A stretch of DNA of 64,000 nucleotides from positions 1 through 64,000 of the IMG/VR virus record IMGVR_UViG_3300005856_000023. One strand, 5' to 3'. A program made the translations under genes and the position numbers. The stretch comes from a virus. Below are positions 39,893-49,765 of this stretch, piece after piece; the first letter of the stretch is position 1; the number at the start of each line of letters is the position of its first letter. The notes under the pieces were generated by a model. It was not told the DNA's origin. It saw nothing but the letters and a program-made list of their open reading frames with translations, and did not search any database.

Positions 39893-41044
39893 TCAAAACC
39901 AATCGATTTCATTTGAAGTATCTTTAACTGGAGATCTACCCAAATACATAAACAAATACAAAACTAAATGCTTTGCTATGTTTGAATACGTTTGCAATGA
40001 ATACTTACTTAGTATATCCTCTCTAATCTTAGGTATTGATATTGTTACATTATATAGTTTATTTATCTGATTCATATTGGTAGCATCCAATGGAAATCCG
40101 ACTACACTTATGATTTTATTTACAATCAATTTTAATTCATCATAACTCAATTTTTGTAATTGTTGAATGTATTGTTTGAATGTTTGTTTTGATATTTTGT
40201 TTCCGAGCATCTCGATTATAGTATCAACTAAATCATCTATTGGTTCAGGTTCCATTTTGAAGTTAATTATTGCATCATGATAATACCTACTGTAATCCCG
40301 TTCAGCAATCTCATCTTTAGTAATTTTCTTCTCTTTTGCTATATGTATTAGATTGTTTTTCAATCTGTTAGCATAGTTATTAACTCTTGCCCGCAAATAA
40401 CCCGTCCATACATTATGTATTTTTTTGGGTTCTCTATCAACTAATATTAATTGAGCCTTTCTTTCTGCAATTGACTCTAATAATCCTGATATGGATGAGA
40501 AATTGCTTGGATGTAATAAGTTAGATCTGGGTAATAATCTTCTGGCTTGTTCAAGATCATGCTTGTTAACTATTACAACAGACTTAGTTACTTGAACTAT
40601 AAACATGATAGCAGAAAACATAAAATAAAGATTACGAAGTATAGCTAGCTTATCTATAACTGGAATGTTATCACAATCTACTAACGCAACAACATCAGCA
40701 TGTAAGACAATAGCCGCAAGATGCCATCTGTTCATATAGTAAATTGAATTAGATAAATTTGGGTCAAGGGTTTTATGAAGTTTGAATACTAATTCCCTTA
40801 GTTCTTTTTGAACTATGCTAGTATTCGTATGCATCTTATCAAATAGTAGAGGACGAAATTTTTCTACACTGATAACATTTAAGTTGTCAACGTATGGTCT
40901 TATTTGAGTTGTAATTCTATCGGTTGTACGATACAGAGTTAGCATATAATCTTCAAAATTTTGAAAACCAAAATAGCGCACAATATGCCCAATTAGTTCT
41001 TTTTGTTGATTATTTAACCAGTGAACATATTTACAGTTCGCCAT
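39893..41044 (-). CDS. helical hypothetical protein
   Basis: 383 aa; CTAAATTT-N7-ATG. Confidence 0.7.
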   Translation of the reverse strand: MANCKYVHWLNNQQKELIGHIVRYFGFQNFEDYMLTLYRTTDRITTQIRPYVDNLNVISVEKFRPLLFDKMHTNTSIVQKELRELVFKLHKTLDPNLSNSIYYMNRWHLAAIVLHADVVALVDCDNIPVIDKLAILRNLYFMFSAIMFIVQVTKSVVIVNKHDLEQARRLLPRSNLLHPSNFSSISGLLESIAERKAQLILVDREPKKIHNVWTGYLRARVNNYANRLKNNLIHIAKEKKITKDEIAERDYSRYYHDAIINFKMEPEPIDDLVDTIIEMLGNKISKQTFKQYIQQLQKLSYDELKLIVNKIISVVGFPLDATNMNQINKLYNVTISIPKIREDILSKYSLQTYSNIAKHLVLYLFMYLGRSPVKDTSNEIDWF

Positions 41045-41091
41045 AATAGCTAAATTTAGCTACGTTGTGCATTACTAATACGTAAACAGTT

Positions 41092-41187
41092 GTGAACTAC
41101 TCTATCTTGTAGAAGATGGAGCTTCCTACTTCACAGGAGCTATACGCTCCCTCCCTATAGAGAATGGAGACTTCTTACCTGATTTTT
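41092..41187 (-). mobile_element. IS200/IS605-type end-only element (PATE/MITE-like)
   Basis: Minus strand TTTAA|AAAAATCAGGTAAGAAGTCTCCAT...TGAAGTAGGAAGCTCCATCTTCTACAAGATAGAGTAGTTCAC; hairpins; GC-richer than the flanks. Confidence 0.6.
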
Positions 41188-41207
41188 TTAAAAGCACATA
41201 ATGAAAT

Positions 41208-42947
41208 ATGTTTATTCCAAATCAACTTGCACCTGGTGTTTACATCAATGTTGTATTTGCGCCTGAACCATTAATTGGATTACCTGAAAAATACAATGCA
41301 TTATTCTTTATTGTAGCAGAGAAAGGACCTGCAAATAAACCAGTGTACATAACATCAGCTCAAAGATTTCTTGATACTTTTGGTCAGCCAGATCCGAAAT
41401 TCCCATTAACATCACTTTACGCATATGAATATGTTAGGAATGGAGGACCAGCATATGTGGTTAGATTACTTCCGAGAAATGCTACAAAAGCTAATGCTAC
41501 CTTAGCTCTTGTTCCTGACCCAGTTGATGCAAATACCTATGTATGGGCATATGGGTATGTAGATTACTCTACTAATACATTTATTGGTCGCGATGAAATT
41601 AATAATAGAAGTATATCACTACCTGTATCTGCAACTTATGCTCCACCAGAACCTAACAAAGCAGTTATAATTGCACAGTTTGGTGAATACGGTATGTATT
41701 ATAACACCTATAGATTGAGATTTTTATTACCGTTACTTAGAACAAACAAAACATTTAATGTAGTTATAGAAAGAGTTGTAGGAACACAAACTGAAAATGT
41801 TGCGGTATTCAATGGTGTTACTTTTGAACCAAATGTAAATGAATTGGGATACCCAACACAAATTAATCATAGTCTTTACACATTTAACCAACCAGCATTT
41901 GAATACTTAAAGGCTAACTACATAATAAAGTATAAAGATTATGAAACGAATACTGTTACAGATACTAATACAAGACCAATAGATTCTGTTGACATAGTGT
42001 ATTCAACTAATACAATATGGAATTTTGCAGGTGGTTCTGATGGTGGATTAAGAGATCCGCTTACAGGTTCGGTAGATTTCTCATTGTTTGCCGATCTAGT
42101 TGTAGAAGCTGTATATGGTTATACTACATTACTTCCAAACAGAATACAAGGACTTATTGATGATGAAACAATATTCATCAAATACATTGTTGATCCCTGT
42201 GATGAGAGATTTCCCTATGCAAAGAGAAGATTAGTATGGAATGCTTTAGTTGATTTGGCTCAATCCAAGTATATGCTTAATGCTGGTGCTATAGTTCTGA
42301 GTAACATAGCTGATTTGTTTGACTGGTCAGATATAGGACTTTTAGATTCAACCAATCCTCCTATACCTAGACATTATCTACATGCAACTTACTATTCAAA
42401 AATTGAGGATGTTGATGGCAGAATATATCCTCACCTTAGATATGTAGTTCAAAATATTGCTAAATTAAGAGTACAACAACAAAGTATTGAACCACTTGCT
42501 GGTATTATTAATGCTACGATAACAACAGGAGTAGATGTTATACCGAGATTAACAGTTCCTGAGAGATCAAGACTGGTAGAACTTGGAATTAACTTTGCTC
42601 ACAAAGATCCTTTCTATGGTGTATTTACTGATCTTGATAGAACTACATCACTTGCTCTCGGTAAATTTCTGTATGTAATTGAGGACGTTGTTGATATTAA
42701 GAGAGAGCTAGTTAAATTGCTAAGACCGTTTGTACATAAATTAGAAACTTATGATTGGGAGAGCGTCAAAAGTTTAATCATAGACTTCATACTAAAACCA
42801 AGAGTAGCAAGTGGTTTAATAAAGGAATATGAAGTTAACTTGAGATTATCCGAAGAATTAACTAGACAAAATGTACTAGGCATAGATATGAATCTACGAT
42901 ATGCTCGCGAAATAGAACGTATTGCAGTAACAATATATGTGAGATAA
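41208..42947 (+). CDS. contractile tail sheath protein
   Basis: APGVY, EKGPANKPVYITS..F..TFGQP, FAGGSDG, LVELGIN and a C-terminal IERIAV pattern. Confidence 0.92.
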   Translation: MFIPNQLAPGVYINVVFAPEPLIGLPEKYNALFFIVAEKGPANKPVYITSAQRFLDTFGQPDPKFPLTSLYAYEYVRNGGPAYVVRLLPRNATKANATLALVPDPVDANTYVWAYGYVDYSTNTFIGRDEINNRSISLPVSATYAPPEPNKAVIIAQFGEYGMYYNTYRLRFLLPLLRTNKTFNVVIERVVGTQTENVAVFNGVTFEPNVNELGYPTQINHSLYTFNQPAFEYLKANYIIKYKDYETNTVTDTNTRPIDSVDIVYSTNTIWNFAGGSDGGLRDPLTGSVDFSLFADLVVEAVYGYTTLLPNRIQGLIDDETIFIKYIVDPCDERFPYAKRRLVWNALVDLAQSKYMLNAGAIVLSNIADLFDWSDIGLLDSTNPPIPRHYLHATYYSKIEDVDGRIYPHLRYVVQNIAKLRVQQQSIEPLAGIINATITTGVDVIPRLTVPERSRLVELGINFAHKDPFYGVFTDLDRTTSLALGKFLYVIEDVVDIKRELVKLLRPFVHKLETYDWESVKSLIIDFILKPRVASGLIKEYEVNLRLSEELTRQNVLGIDMNLRYAREIERIAVTIYVR

Positions 42948-42968
42948 TTTTTTTTACTAACAAAAAAA
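42948..42968. terminator. convergent oligo-T tracts without a hairpin; example of the class
   Basis: T8 directly after the sheath stop, and T7 on the minus strand directly after the opposing stop. Confidence 0.5.
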
Positions 42969-43928
42969 TTAAGATAGATGGATAGTTTGAATTGTTGCAG
43001 GATAAACTTTTATTTTTTGATCTCCAAATGTTGTTAATATGCTTTCAAAGTAAAAGTTTGGAGCTAAGACCTGATTATCATTTTCAACAATCTTTAAAAT
43101 TGGTTTAATAATAGCAATTGGATAAAGTAAAGGTCTATTAACTTTGTTGTTTATAATGATGTCTATAATCAAGTTTTCATCTTCATTATAAAGAAAACCT
43201 GTTATATCAAAAACAGTGTAGGTTACGCCAGAACGATTTATTGTTATTAATTCATTAGTTGATTCAACAGGTAATGTATATCTGTTACGAAGCACATTAA
43301 AATCAGAAATTAGTTTTGCTTTCGATAAATTAATTGCATAACTATAAACTTCAACGTTCAAAAATCTGTTGCTTATCATTCTAGCAAACAATGATGAATT
43401 TTGTTCATAATCTATAACCAAATCTACTATTAAAGCATTTGTTTTTGGTAAACGAAATCTTAAAAAGTTTTGTTGTAATAGGGAATTAGCATAAAATACT
43501 GGAATCGCATCTATATTTAACAATATCCGGTGTGCTAGTATTGGTAAGTAAATATAATCCAAACTACTATTGATATTTAGTTCAGCTAAAGTATGCTCTT
43601 GTGTTGTATTTGTAATTATATCTTGATAAACTATTTTGTAGATTATTTTATTTAGTGTCCAGTTAAAATTATAGACTTGGCTAAAGAGATAAGGTGTATA
43701 ATATTCTGGTGTTGTTACTAACCTAGTATGTTTATCAAAAGTCAAAGTTGTATAAGACCTTAGCAGACTCGTAGGTATTTCCAAAAACAGAAGACGATAA
43801 GAATTTCTGAGTGTATTTATGTCATAGGTATAATCTGTATGTTCTGCGTATAGGTTAAAAGTTGTTGAAATTACATTTGCTTCTATTAGTTTGAGTAAAT
43901 TTTCCAGATGTCTATTAACAACATACAT
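42969..43928 (-). CDS. hypothetical protein, probably structural
   Basis: 319 aa; AGC-N9-ATG. Confidence 0.65.
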   Translation of the reverse strand: MYVVNRHLENLLKLIEANVISTTFNLYAEHTDYTYDINTLRNSYRLLFLEIPTSLLRSYTTLTFDKHTRLVTTPEYYTPYLFSQVYNFNWTLNKIIYKIVYQDIITNTTQEHTLAELNINSSLDYIYLPILAHRILLNIDAIPVFYANSLLQQNFLRFRLPKTNALIVDLVIDYEQNSSLFARMISNRFLNVEVYSYAINLSKAKLISDFNVLRNRYTLPVESTNELITINRSGVTYTVFDITGFLYNEDENLIIDIIINNKVNRPLLYPIAIIKPILKIVENDNQVLAPNFYFESILTTFGDQKIKVYPATIQTIHLS

Positions 43929-43933
43929 TTGCT

Positions 43934-44767
43934 TTATGCTTTATCATCTATATTGCCAAGCAGAAATTTCTCAAATTCTGTTATACTATCTTGTTTACGT
44001 ACAAGTAAATTAGGTATTGCTAACTTGATATTCTCAAAATACAACTGTCGTATTGGATATAAATATTTTATGGCTTGCTTAAATCTTAGCATTTTAGCAT
44101 ACTTACAATTACTATTCCTATACAACTTAAATACATCATCATTACAAGTTAAAGTTTGAGCAAGCCAAGTCTCGATATAAACACTAGTTATATCCAAACC
44201 TAGTAGTTCTGCTAACTGTTGGATTCTGTCAAAAGCTTTTTGACCATTCAAGCCATTTATCATGTTAAGCCAATCTGCCATTTGCTCTAGTATTGACATT
44301 GCAATATCAGCAGTTAACGTTAGATTTTCCACTCTAGCAAATGGTGTTTGTTCTTCAGGATAATACAACAAAGCCAAATATACATTTTTATCTTTAATCC
44401 TGAGAGTCAAATTATCTGATTCAGTATCTTGAGATTCTGCTTCAGATAACAACCTAGACAAAGGTCTATTTGTTTTTTGTAAATTAGCTTCGTTCAAATA
44501 TACACATACATAATGTATACCAGTAGTGTAATAAACATTACTATATTTTACATCATGTAAATCTATAGTCTCTTCGTTATCTAGCAAATCATATATTTCC
44601 AGAGCAATATCTCTATCCTGTGTAAAATATAACAATGGTATACAATAAAGTTCGTTTTCCTGTTTTAATATATGTGTTGTTTTAAGAATGATATACAAAT
44701 TAGGTAAATTTGTTAGCAATGTTACATTATCGCTGTCTACAGTAATAGGAATTTTATCTTTGCTCAT
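43934..44767 (-). CDS. RNA polymerase beta'-like subunit, C-terminal fragment
   Basis: VYIETWLAQ...LYFENIKLAI...DSITEFEKFLLGNI aligns by eye to the beta' C-terminal HIEVIVRQ...SFQET..VL...D.L.GLKENVIVG. Confidence 0.65.
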   Translation of the reverse strand: MSKDKIPITVDSDNVTLLTNLPNLYIILKTTHILKQENELYCIPLLYFTQDRDIALEIYDLLDNEETIDLHDVKYSNVYYTTGIHYVCVYLNEANLQKTNRPLSRLLSEAESQDTESDNLTLRIKDKNVYLALLYYPEEQTPFARVENLTLTADIAMSILEQMADWLNMINGLNGQKAFDRIQQLAELLGLDITSVYIETWLAQTLTCNDDVFKLYRNSNCKYAKMLRFKQAIKYLYPIRQLYFENIKLAIPNLLVRKQDSITEFEKFLLGNIDDKA

Positions 44768-44783
44768 TCTAGTTAGGTGCTAT

Positions 44784-46817
44784 TTAACGTCTGGGAATTC
44801 CAGCAACTCTACTCAAATCTACTAATTCCCACTTACCATTATAATATTCAAAAACAGCTATATGAAAGTGATGTCCTGTAGACAGTCTGGATATGTATTT
44901 TGTTCCACTTATTTCATAATGTTTCATATCAACTATAACTATTTTACCATCACTGGTTTTTGCTTGTAATATGTAGTTTGCATCACTAGAACCAAAAGAA
45001 CAAATACCAAAATAGCGCCTTATTCTATTTGTAATATCTGTTCCCATATCTATTTTTGCACTTCCAGTTGGTATATCAGTACCTGCATGATGTCCTAGAC
45101 CAGGTCTTGCATCTAATGGAACTGATGATGCAAATCTGAATCTGTTGTCATATAGTATGCTAGGTATTTGAGATATTAAACTGGATGCACTATATTGTGT
45201 TGTTACAATATCTCCGTCACAGTACAATGAAACTTCATCCAAACATAATCTACCAGAACGACTAAGTTGTTGTTGTAATTGCTTACGTACATTATCATCT
45301 TCTGTAAGTTCCCACCTGTTATTTCTCAGAATGTAGGTTGTTATGCGACCTCTTTCATACTTTACCTTAACTGGAACTTGTTCTCCATTGATAATTACAT
45401 AATTATTACATCCGGTTGTTTTTATTGGTTTTCGTGTTTTTGCATTTGGTTTGGTATAAGTATCTTTTTTTGGTGGAGCAATCGGTCCAGTAGCTCCAGT
45501 TCCTGTTTCAATATTCAATCTATCCTTTGTTAGAGTCTTCAAAATTGGATGACCCATTGCTAACAGAATCTCTCTAGACTGAAATTCATTATCTAGTTCA
45601 GATATATTTTGCTCTAAAACATACTTAATGGGATCAAAGAAATATGCTCCGGTAAATAGTGGTGAAGTCGGTTGAGCAAGATACTTGAGATCCTTAGTTG
45701 CAACAACTATGTTTGCTATATCAGAGACAGTTAAGTTGATAGTTACTTTTTTAGGCCATCCGTTAGCAAAAGTTTCTTTGCTTGTTTGTAAATTAAAATC
45801 TGTTATAATTCCTAATGGTATGAATATTTTACCAGGAACTAAGAGTGTAACATAGTGAGGTTCACCAGCAAATAATTGAGAATAGTTTTGTAATATGGCT
45901 AATATATCTTTAATTAACCTATTTGTTGCTTCAAATCTATTTAGATAGTCAGGTCCAGCTTGTTGCAAAGTCATACCTGTTAGATACAAAGATGGAACAA
46001 ATATATTCTCGTAAAATTGTCTAGCAGAATTTGCTACCAAAGTTATTGTTATCGAGCATTGACAATTGTAAGAGGTAGATGTATACACTCTTGGTAGTTG
46101 TATGTTTTTAATTAACTTGGATAACAGTATGGCTAGAGTTGCTGTTTCCATAAGAGTTTCAGGTAGATTAGTTAGTATATTTGATGTTGGTTCATTTGTT
46201 GTAGTTGATTTATTAATTCCAATTAAATCGGTTATAGATTTTGCAAGACTACTACCTAGATAAACTGATATACCATATTGTCTGAGCAACTGAACAAACC
46301 GTTCATCTAGATCTAATTCAGAATCGCTATAACGATTAGTTATTGTCTGACTAATATCTACATCATCAGCTAAAAATCCTACCAAAACAGATTGCCTCAA
46401 GCTACTAACCAATTTATTAACATCAACTCCTCTTATTACATCCATTGTATCAAATCTTTTAAGTTTTTCTGAATTACCGGATAATGATAATATATACTGA
46501 GCAATTTTATCGTTATAATATCTGGCTCTGCCTCCAACAGACCTAATAAGCTTGTAAAATTCAAATACGTTGCTAGCAGATAGTTTAACTTTAGTTTTGT
46601 TCAAATCCAACGCTGTTAACAAACCGATCAGTAGAATTGATTGTATAGTTGTTAGTTGTCCTAAATTTATGTTTATAGGATCTAAGGGAAGTAAGTAACA
46701 AATGTCACTTGTTATAATTGTATCTTTATAAACTTGACTCATTAATACATCTGTATTTGAAGTCACATCTTTTCCGAAAACAGTGATAGTTCCATATCTG
46801 CTTTTTAGGGTGTACAT
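44784..46817 (-). CDS. baseplate hub-like protein with a C-terminal M23-like peptidase domain
   Basis: HAGTD (HxxxD) and STGHHFH (HxH); the GIITDF...GWPKKVTINLTVSD tube-fold pattern; AGC-N10-ATG at 46817. Confidence 0.65.
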   Translation of the reverse strand: MYTLKSRYGTITVFGKDVTSNTDVLMSQVYKDTIITSDICYLLPLDPININLGQLTTIQSILLIGLLTALDLNKTKVKLSASNVFEFYKLIRSVGGRARYYNDKIAQYILSLSGNSEKLKRFDTMDVIRGVDVNKLVSSLRQSVLVGFLADDVDISQTITNRYSDSELDLDERFVQLLRQYGISVYLGSSLAKSITDLIGINKSTTTNEPTSNILTNLPETLMETATLAILLSKLIKNIQLPRVYTSTSYNCQCSITITLVANSARQFYENIFVPSLYLTGMTLQQAGPDYLNRFEATNRLIKDILAILQNYSQLFAGEPHYVTLLVPGKIFIPLGIITDFNLQTSKETFANGWPKKVTINLTVSDIANIVVATKDLKYLAQPTSPLFTGAYFFDPIKYVLEQNISELDNEFQSREILLAMGHPILKTLTKDRLNIETGTGATGPIAPPKKDTYTKPNAKTRKPIKTTGCNNYVIINGEQVPVKVKYERGRITTYILRNNRWELTEDDNVRKQLQQQLSRSGRLCLDEVSLYCDGDIVTTQYSASSLISQIPSILYDNRFRFASSVPLDARPGLGHHAGTDIPTGSAKIDMGTDITNRIRRYFGICSFGSSDANYILQAKTSDGKIVIVDMKHYEISGTKYISRLSTGHHFHIAVFEYYNGKWELVDLSRVAGIPRR

Positions 46818-46860
46818 AAGCTGACTTGCTTGTTGTTTCAATTAAACGATAACAAAAAAA

Positions 46861-47289
46861 CTACATAACTACCTGAGCAATATAATCTACTCCATTAATT
46901 TTTACTCTCACTTCATAAAATGGTAGAGCATCAGATTGAGTTACTGCATTCACTTGATCATAGATAACATACTCATTTGTTGTTGGATCTTTAAGCAAAT
47001 ACTTTAAATTTAATTCCAGACTTTCAATTAGTAATAAGAGTTCGCGAGCTTCTGTTTCACTTAAACCATAATTAATCATGTTACGAACTATATCCTCTCT
47101 AAAATCATTAAGTGAAGGATAATGAGTTTTACCAAGCAAATTGTATAAATAACTACCTCCAGTTAAATCTATTATAAAAGCATTTTTTGGAAAACTTAAT
47201 GTTTTTATGATAAAGTATAATAACTTTAATGCTTTATCATCAATATCTCTTAAAATTGACCCATCATAAATGTTTTGTATTGGAAGCAT
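46861..47289 (-). CDS. baseplate wedge / sheath initiator (gp25-like)
   Basis: FPKNAFIIDLTGGSYLYNLL resembles the gp25 core; size fits. Confidence 0.45.
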   Translation of the reverse strand: MLPIQNIYDGSILRDIDDKALKLLYFIIKTLSFPKNAFIIDLTGGSYLYNLLGKTHYPSLNDFREDIVRNMINYGLSETEARELLLLIESLELNLKYLLKDPTTNEYVIYDQVNAVTQSDALPFYEVRVKINGVDYIAQVVM

Positions 47290-47301
47290 CTACATAATGC
47301 T
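47285..47301. promoter_or_regulatory. bidirectional AGC-N9-ATG element
   Basis: AGCATCTACATAATGCT: each AGC overlaps the opposite gene's ATG. Confidence 0.6.
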
Positions 47302-48352
47302 AGATATTAAGAGAATATATGCCACAGATAATTCAGAGATTACAAACTTATTCAAAAAAGTTCCTTTAAAAAAAGATGAAACTTCTATTATGAAACTTTA
47401 CCAACTAACTTGTAAAGGTTCTGCTTCCGTTGACTATACAGAAACAGAAAAAAATAAATTAACTAGGATACCCATATTTACTTTATCTGTTAATAAAACA
47501 ATTATTTACATTCCAAAGTATGATTTATATAGCGTTGATGTTGTAACTCCTGTTAAACAGCTAGAAGAATATTTTGGAAAGTTTTATGCCAAGTTTTTAG
47601 CAACTCTATCAGATCAAGGAAAAATAGTTATAGTTAGAGATATCGTTTTACCCAGATTTATAGCCGTTCAATGTCTTACGTATGTAGCTGATAGATTTGT
47701 CTTGAATTCACTGCCCAAAATTGTTAGTGACTTATATATCATATCTAAAAGTAAAGATGAAGTCACTGTAGATGCTTTGTTATCTCCGATTAGTAAGATT
47801 AAATTGATGCTTGATATGTATAACAATATCAACAACAGGTTTGATATATTAGTAGAGTATTTATCCAGCAATATTGAAATATTTTTGGAACAAGTCTTGG
47901 AGATGTTTAAATACTTTCTATTTTCACAGAAAGGACTAAATGTTAGTCAAATCAAAGATGAAGTTCACGCTAAAATAATACTTTACATTTTACATCACTT
48001 TATATCTCCATTAATGTTTCCGAATTTGACTGATCAACAAAGAGAACAAATCATAAACAAGTTTTCAAAACGATTGAATTATAAATTTGTTTACAATCCA
48101 AATTACATACCAACGCTGGGAAATCTGTTCTCATCAATATCCAAGTTAGATAAAGAGTTATACTACTATCAAGATGTAACAAGAGTATTTGCTCGTGCCT
48201 ATAAAATACATCCGTATTTGATATGGACTTTAAGTAATATTTATGGTATGTTGCATACTCTTATTGCGAATCAATTCAACATACAAATAATGAAGATACC
48301 TTTGTTATCAAGGTTTATTACCTTACAACTTCCTCTAAAAAGAGGAGAGTAA
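47297..48352 (+). CDS. hypothetical protein
   Basis: AGC-N9-ATG at 47297. Confidence 0.7.
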   Translation: MLDIKRIYATDNSEITNLFKKVPLKKDETSIMKLYQLTCKGSASVDYTETEKNKLTRIPIFTLSVNKTIIYIPKYDLYSVDVVTPVKQLEEYFGKFYAKFLATLSDQGKIVIVRDIVLPRFIAVQCLTYVADRFVLNSLPKIVSDLYIISKSKDEVTVDALLSPISKIKLMLDMYNNINNRFDILVEYLSSNIEIFLEQVLEMFKYFLFSQKGLNVSQIKDEVHAKIILYILHHFISPLMFPNLTDQQREQIINKFSKRLNYKFVYNPNYIPTLGNLFSSISKLDKELYYYQDVTRVFARAYKIHPYLIWTLSNIYGMLHTLIANQFNIQIMKIPLLSRFITLQLPLKRGE

Positions 48353-48354
48353 AA

Positions 48355-49008
48355 ATGATTTACATAACTTATAAATACAACATGAGACAATCTCCTGCAA
48401 CTAAATCATTAAAACATTTCGAGCAAAGAATATTTGATCGCATACATCAGATCGAGAAAGGATTACTTGAATTACAAATATCTCCTTTGTTTAAGTTTAG
48501 CAAAAATGAGTTTAGATGGCTCTTGTTTTTGGATGTAGAAACCATCACTAAAATTAGAGAACCAAATAAAGGATTAACATTAAAAACTTTCACAGGTAGA
48601 GGCTTACATGTTTTCAATTTTGTTGCTTACAAGATTCGTGATATTATTAAAACTAGACAAATGTTAAAACAAAACGAATGCATAAAAAATAAGATTGATA
48701 TAACAACTACATTAAGAGTAACACCAATGAGATTTTTAGGTTGCTTTTCAACAAAACATAAAATATGGCTACATCCTTATTTAGTTGAACATGATGATTA
48801 CGAACAAATAAAATATCTTGCTTCCAAACCACCAAGTGTGTATTTACAAACAAAATTTGCAAAACAAGTTTGTGATTATTTATCCATATCATATAACAAA
48901 CACGATTTAGATACGTATGCTAGAATAATAGTTGAACCTTTCAAAAAAATTATTAAAAGCGAAAGTAACATTTTGGATATTGTAAATCATATGCTAAATT
49001 GTGTGTAA
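48355..49008 (+). CDS. archaeo-eukaryotic primase (AEP)-like protein
   Basis: FLDVE, FTGRGLHV and D...MRFLG..STK motifs; GAGGAG SD. Confidence 0.6.
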   Translation: MIYITYKYNMRQSPATKSLKHFEQRIFDRIHQIEKGLLELQISPLFKFSKNEFRWLLFLDVETITKIREPNKGLTLKTFTGRGLHVFNFVAYKIRDIIKTRQMLKQNECIKNKIDITTTLRVTPMRFLGCFSTKHKIWLHPYLVEHDDYEQIKYLASKPPSVYLQTKFAKQVCDYLSISYNKHDLDTYARIIVEPFKKIIKSESNILDIVNHMLNCV

Positions 49009-49028
49009 CAGAGCTAAATTTTTAAAAC

Positions 49029-49472
49029 ATGAGGAGCTTTGCCATACCTAGAAACCTATTGAACATACCTTTTAATGTTGTTTATGCAGATAAATTCATT
49101 ATTTGTAGCATGGAACCCAGTACTAATGATGAAGATAGTCTTCTGATTGCAGGATTAGATTTTACAGAAATTGCTGCTAATAATAAACGAGTAAAATTTT
49201 CCAACTTAGAAAAAGGTTTAAGATTGTATATAGGTAGTTCTTACTATGTTGTTAAGGATATCGTACATGTAAAACAAAATAATCTAGTTCCATTTTACAT
49301 TGCAAAACCATTTATGGAATTTGGAGAATTTAGAATCTTTGGTCCGTTTAGAGTTAATTTAGAAATAACAGAAAACGAAACTGAGGAATATGAAATAGCT
49401 AATCTAAAAATAAGTTTTGAAAAGAAATTTAATTTGTTAGAGGTATTAGATACTAACTTTAAGGTAAATTAG
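49029..49472 (+). CDS. hypothetical protein
   Basis: 147 aa; CTAAATTT-N7-ATG. Confidence 0.7.
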   Translation: MRSFAIPRNLLNIPFNVVYADKFIICSMEPSTNDEDSLLIAGLDFTEIAANNKRVKFSNLEKGLRLYIGSSYYVVKDIVHVKQNNLVPFYIAKPFMEFGEFRIFGPFRVNLEITENETEEYEIANLKISFEKKFNLLEVLDTNFKVN

Positions 49473-49496
49473 CAAAATTGTCTAAATTTTTTTACA

Positions 49497-49733
49497 ATGA
49501 GGAAAGTGAAAGTTCCAAAGAGAGAATTTCCCAATTTAGATCAATTAATACTCGATTTCATGAATCTACCATCAATTGATAGAGTAAGAAGAATTATGCA
49601 TTGCATGTATAATGTAAATACATGTGATAAAGATACAATGAAAATTGATCCTTATTTAATACCAATGTTTAGAAAATTGAAATCTATGTATCCAACAGTT
49701 AGGGATGAAGTCTTATTAAGAGCAATTCTCTAA
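49497..49733 (+). CDS. small hypothetical protein
   Basis: 78 aa; CTAAATTT-N7-ATG. Confidence 0.7.
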   Translation: MRKVKVPKREFPNLDQLILDFMNLPSIDRVRRIMHCMYNVNTCDKDTMKIDPYLIPMFRKLKSMYPTVRDEVLLRAIL

Positions 49734-49765
49734 TTTTTTTGCTCAACGATGCTAAATTTATCAAA

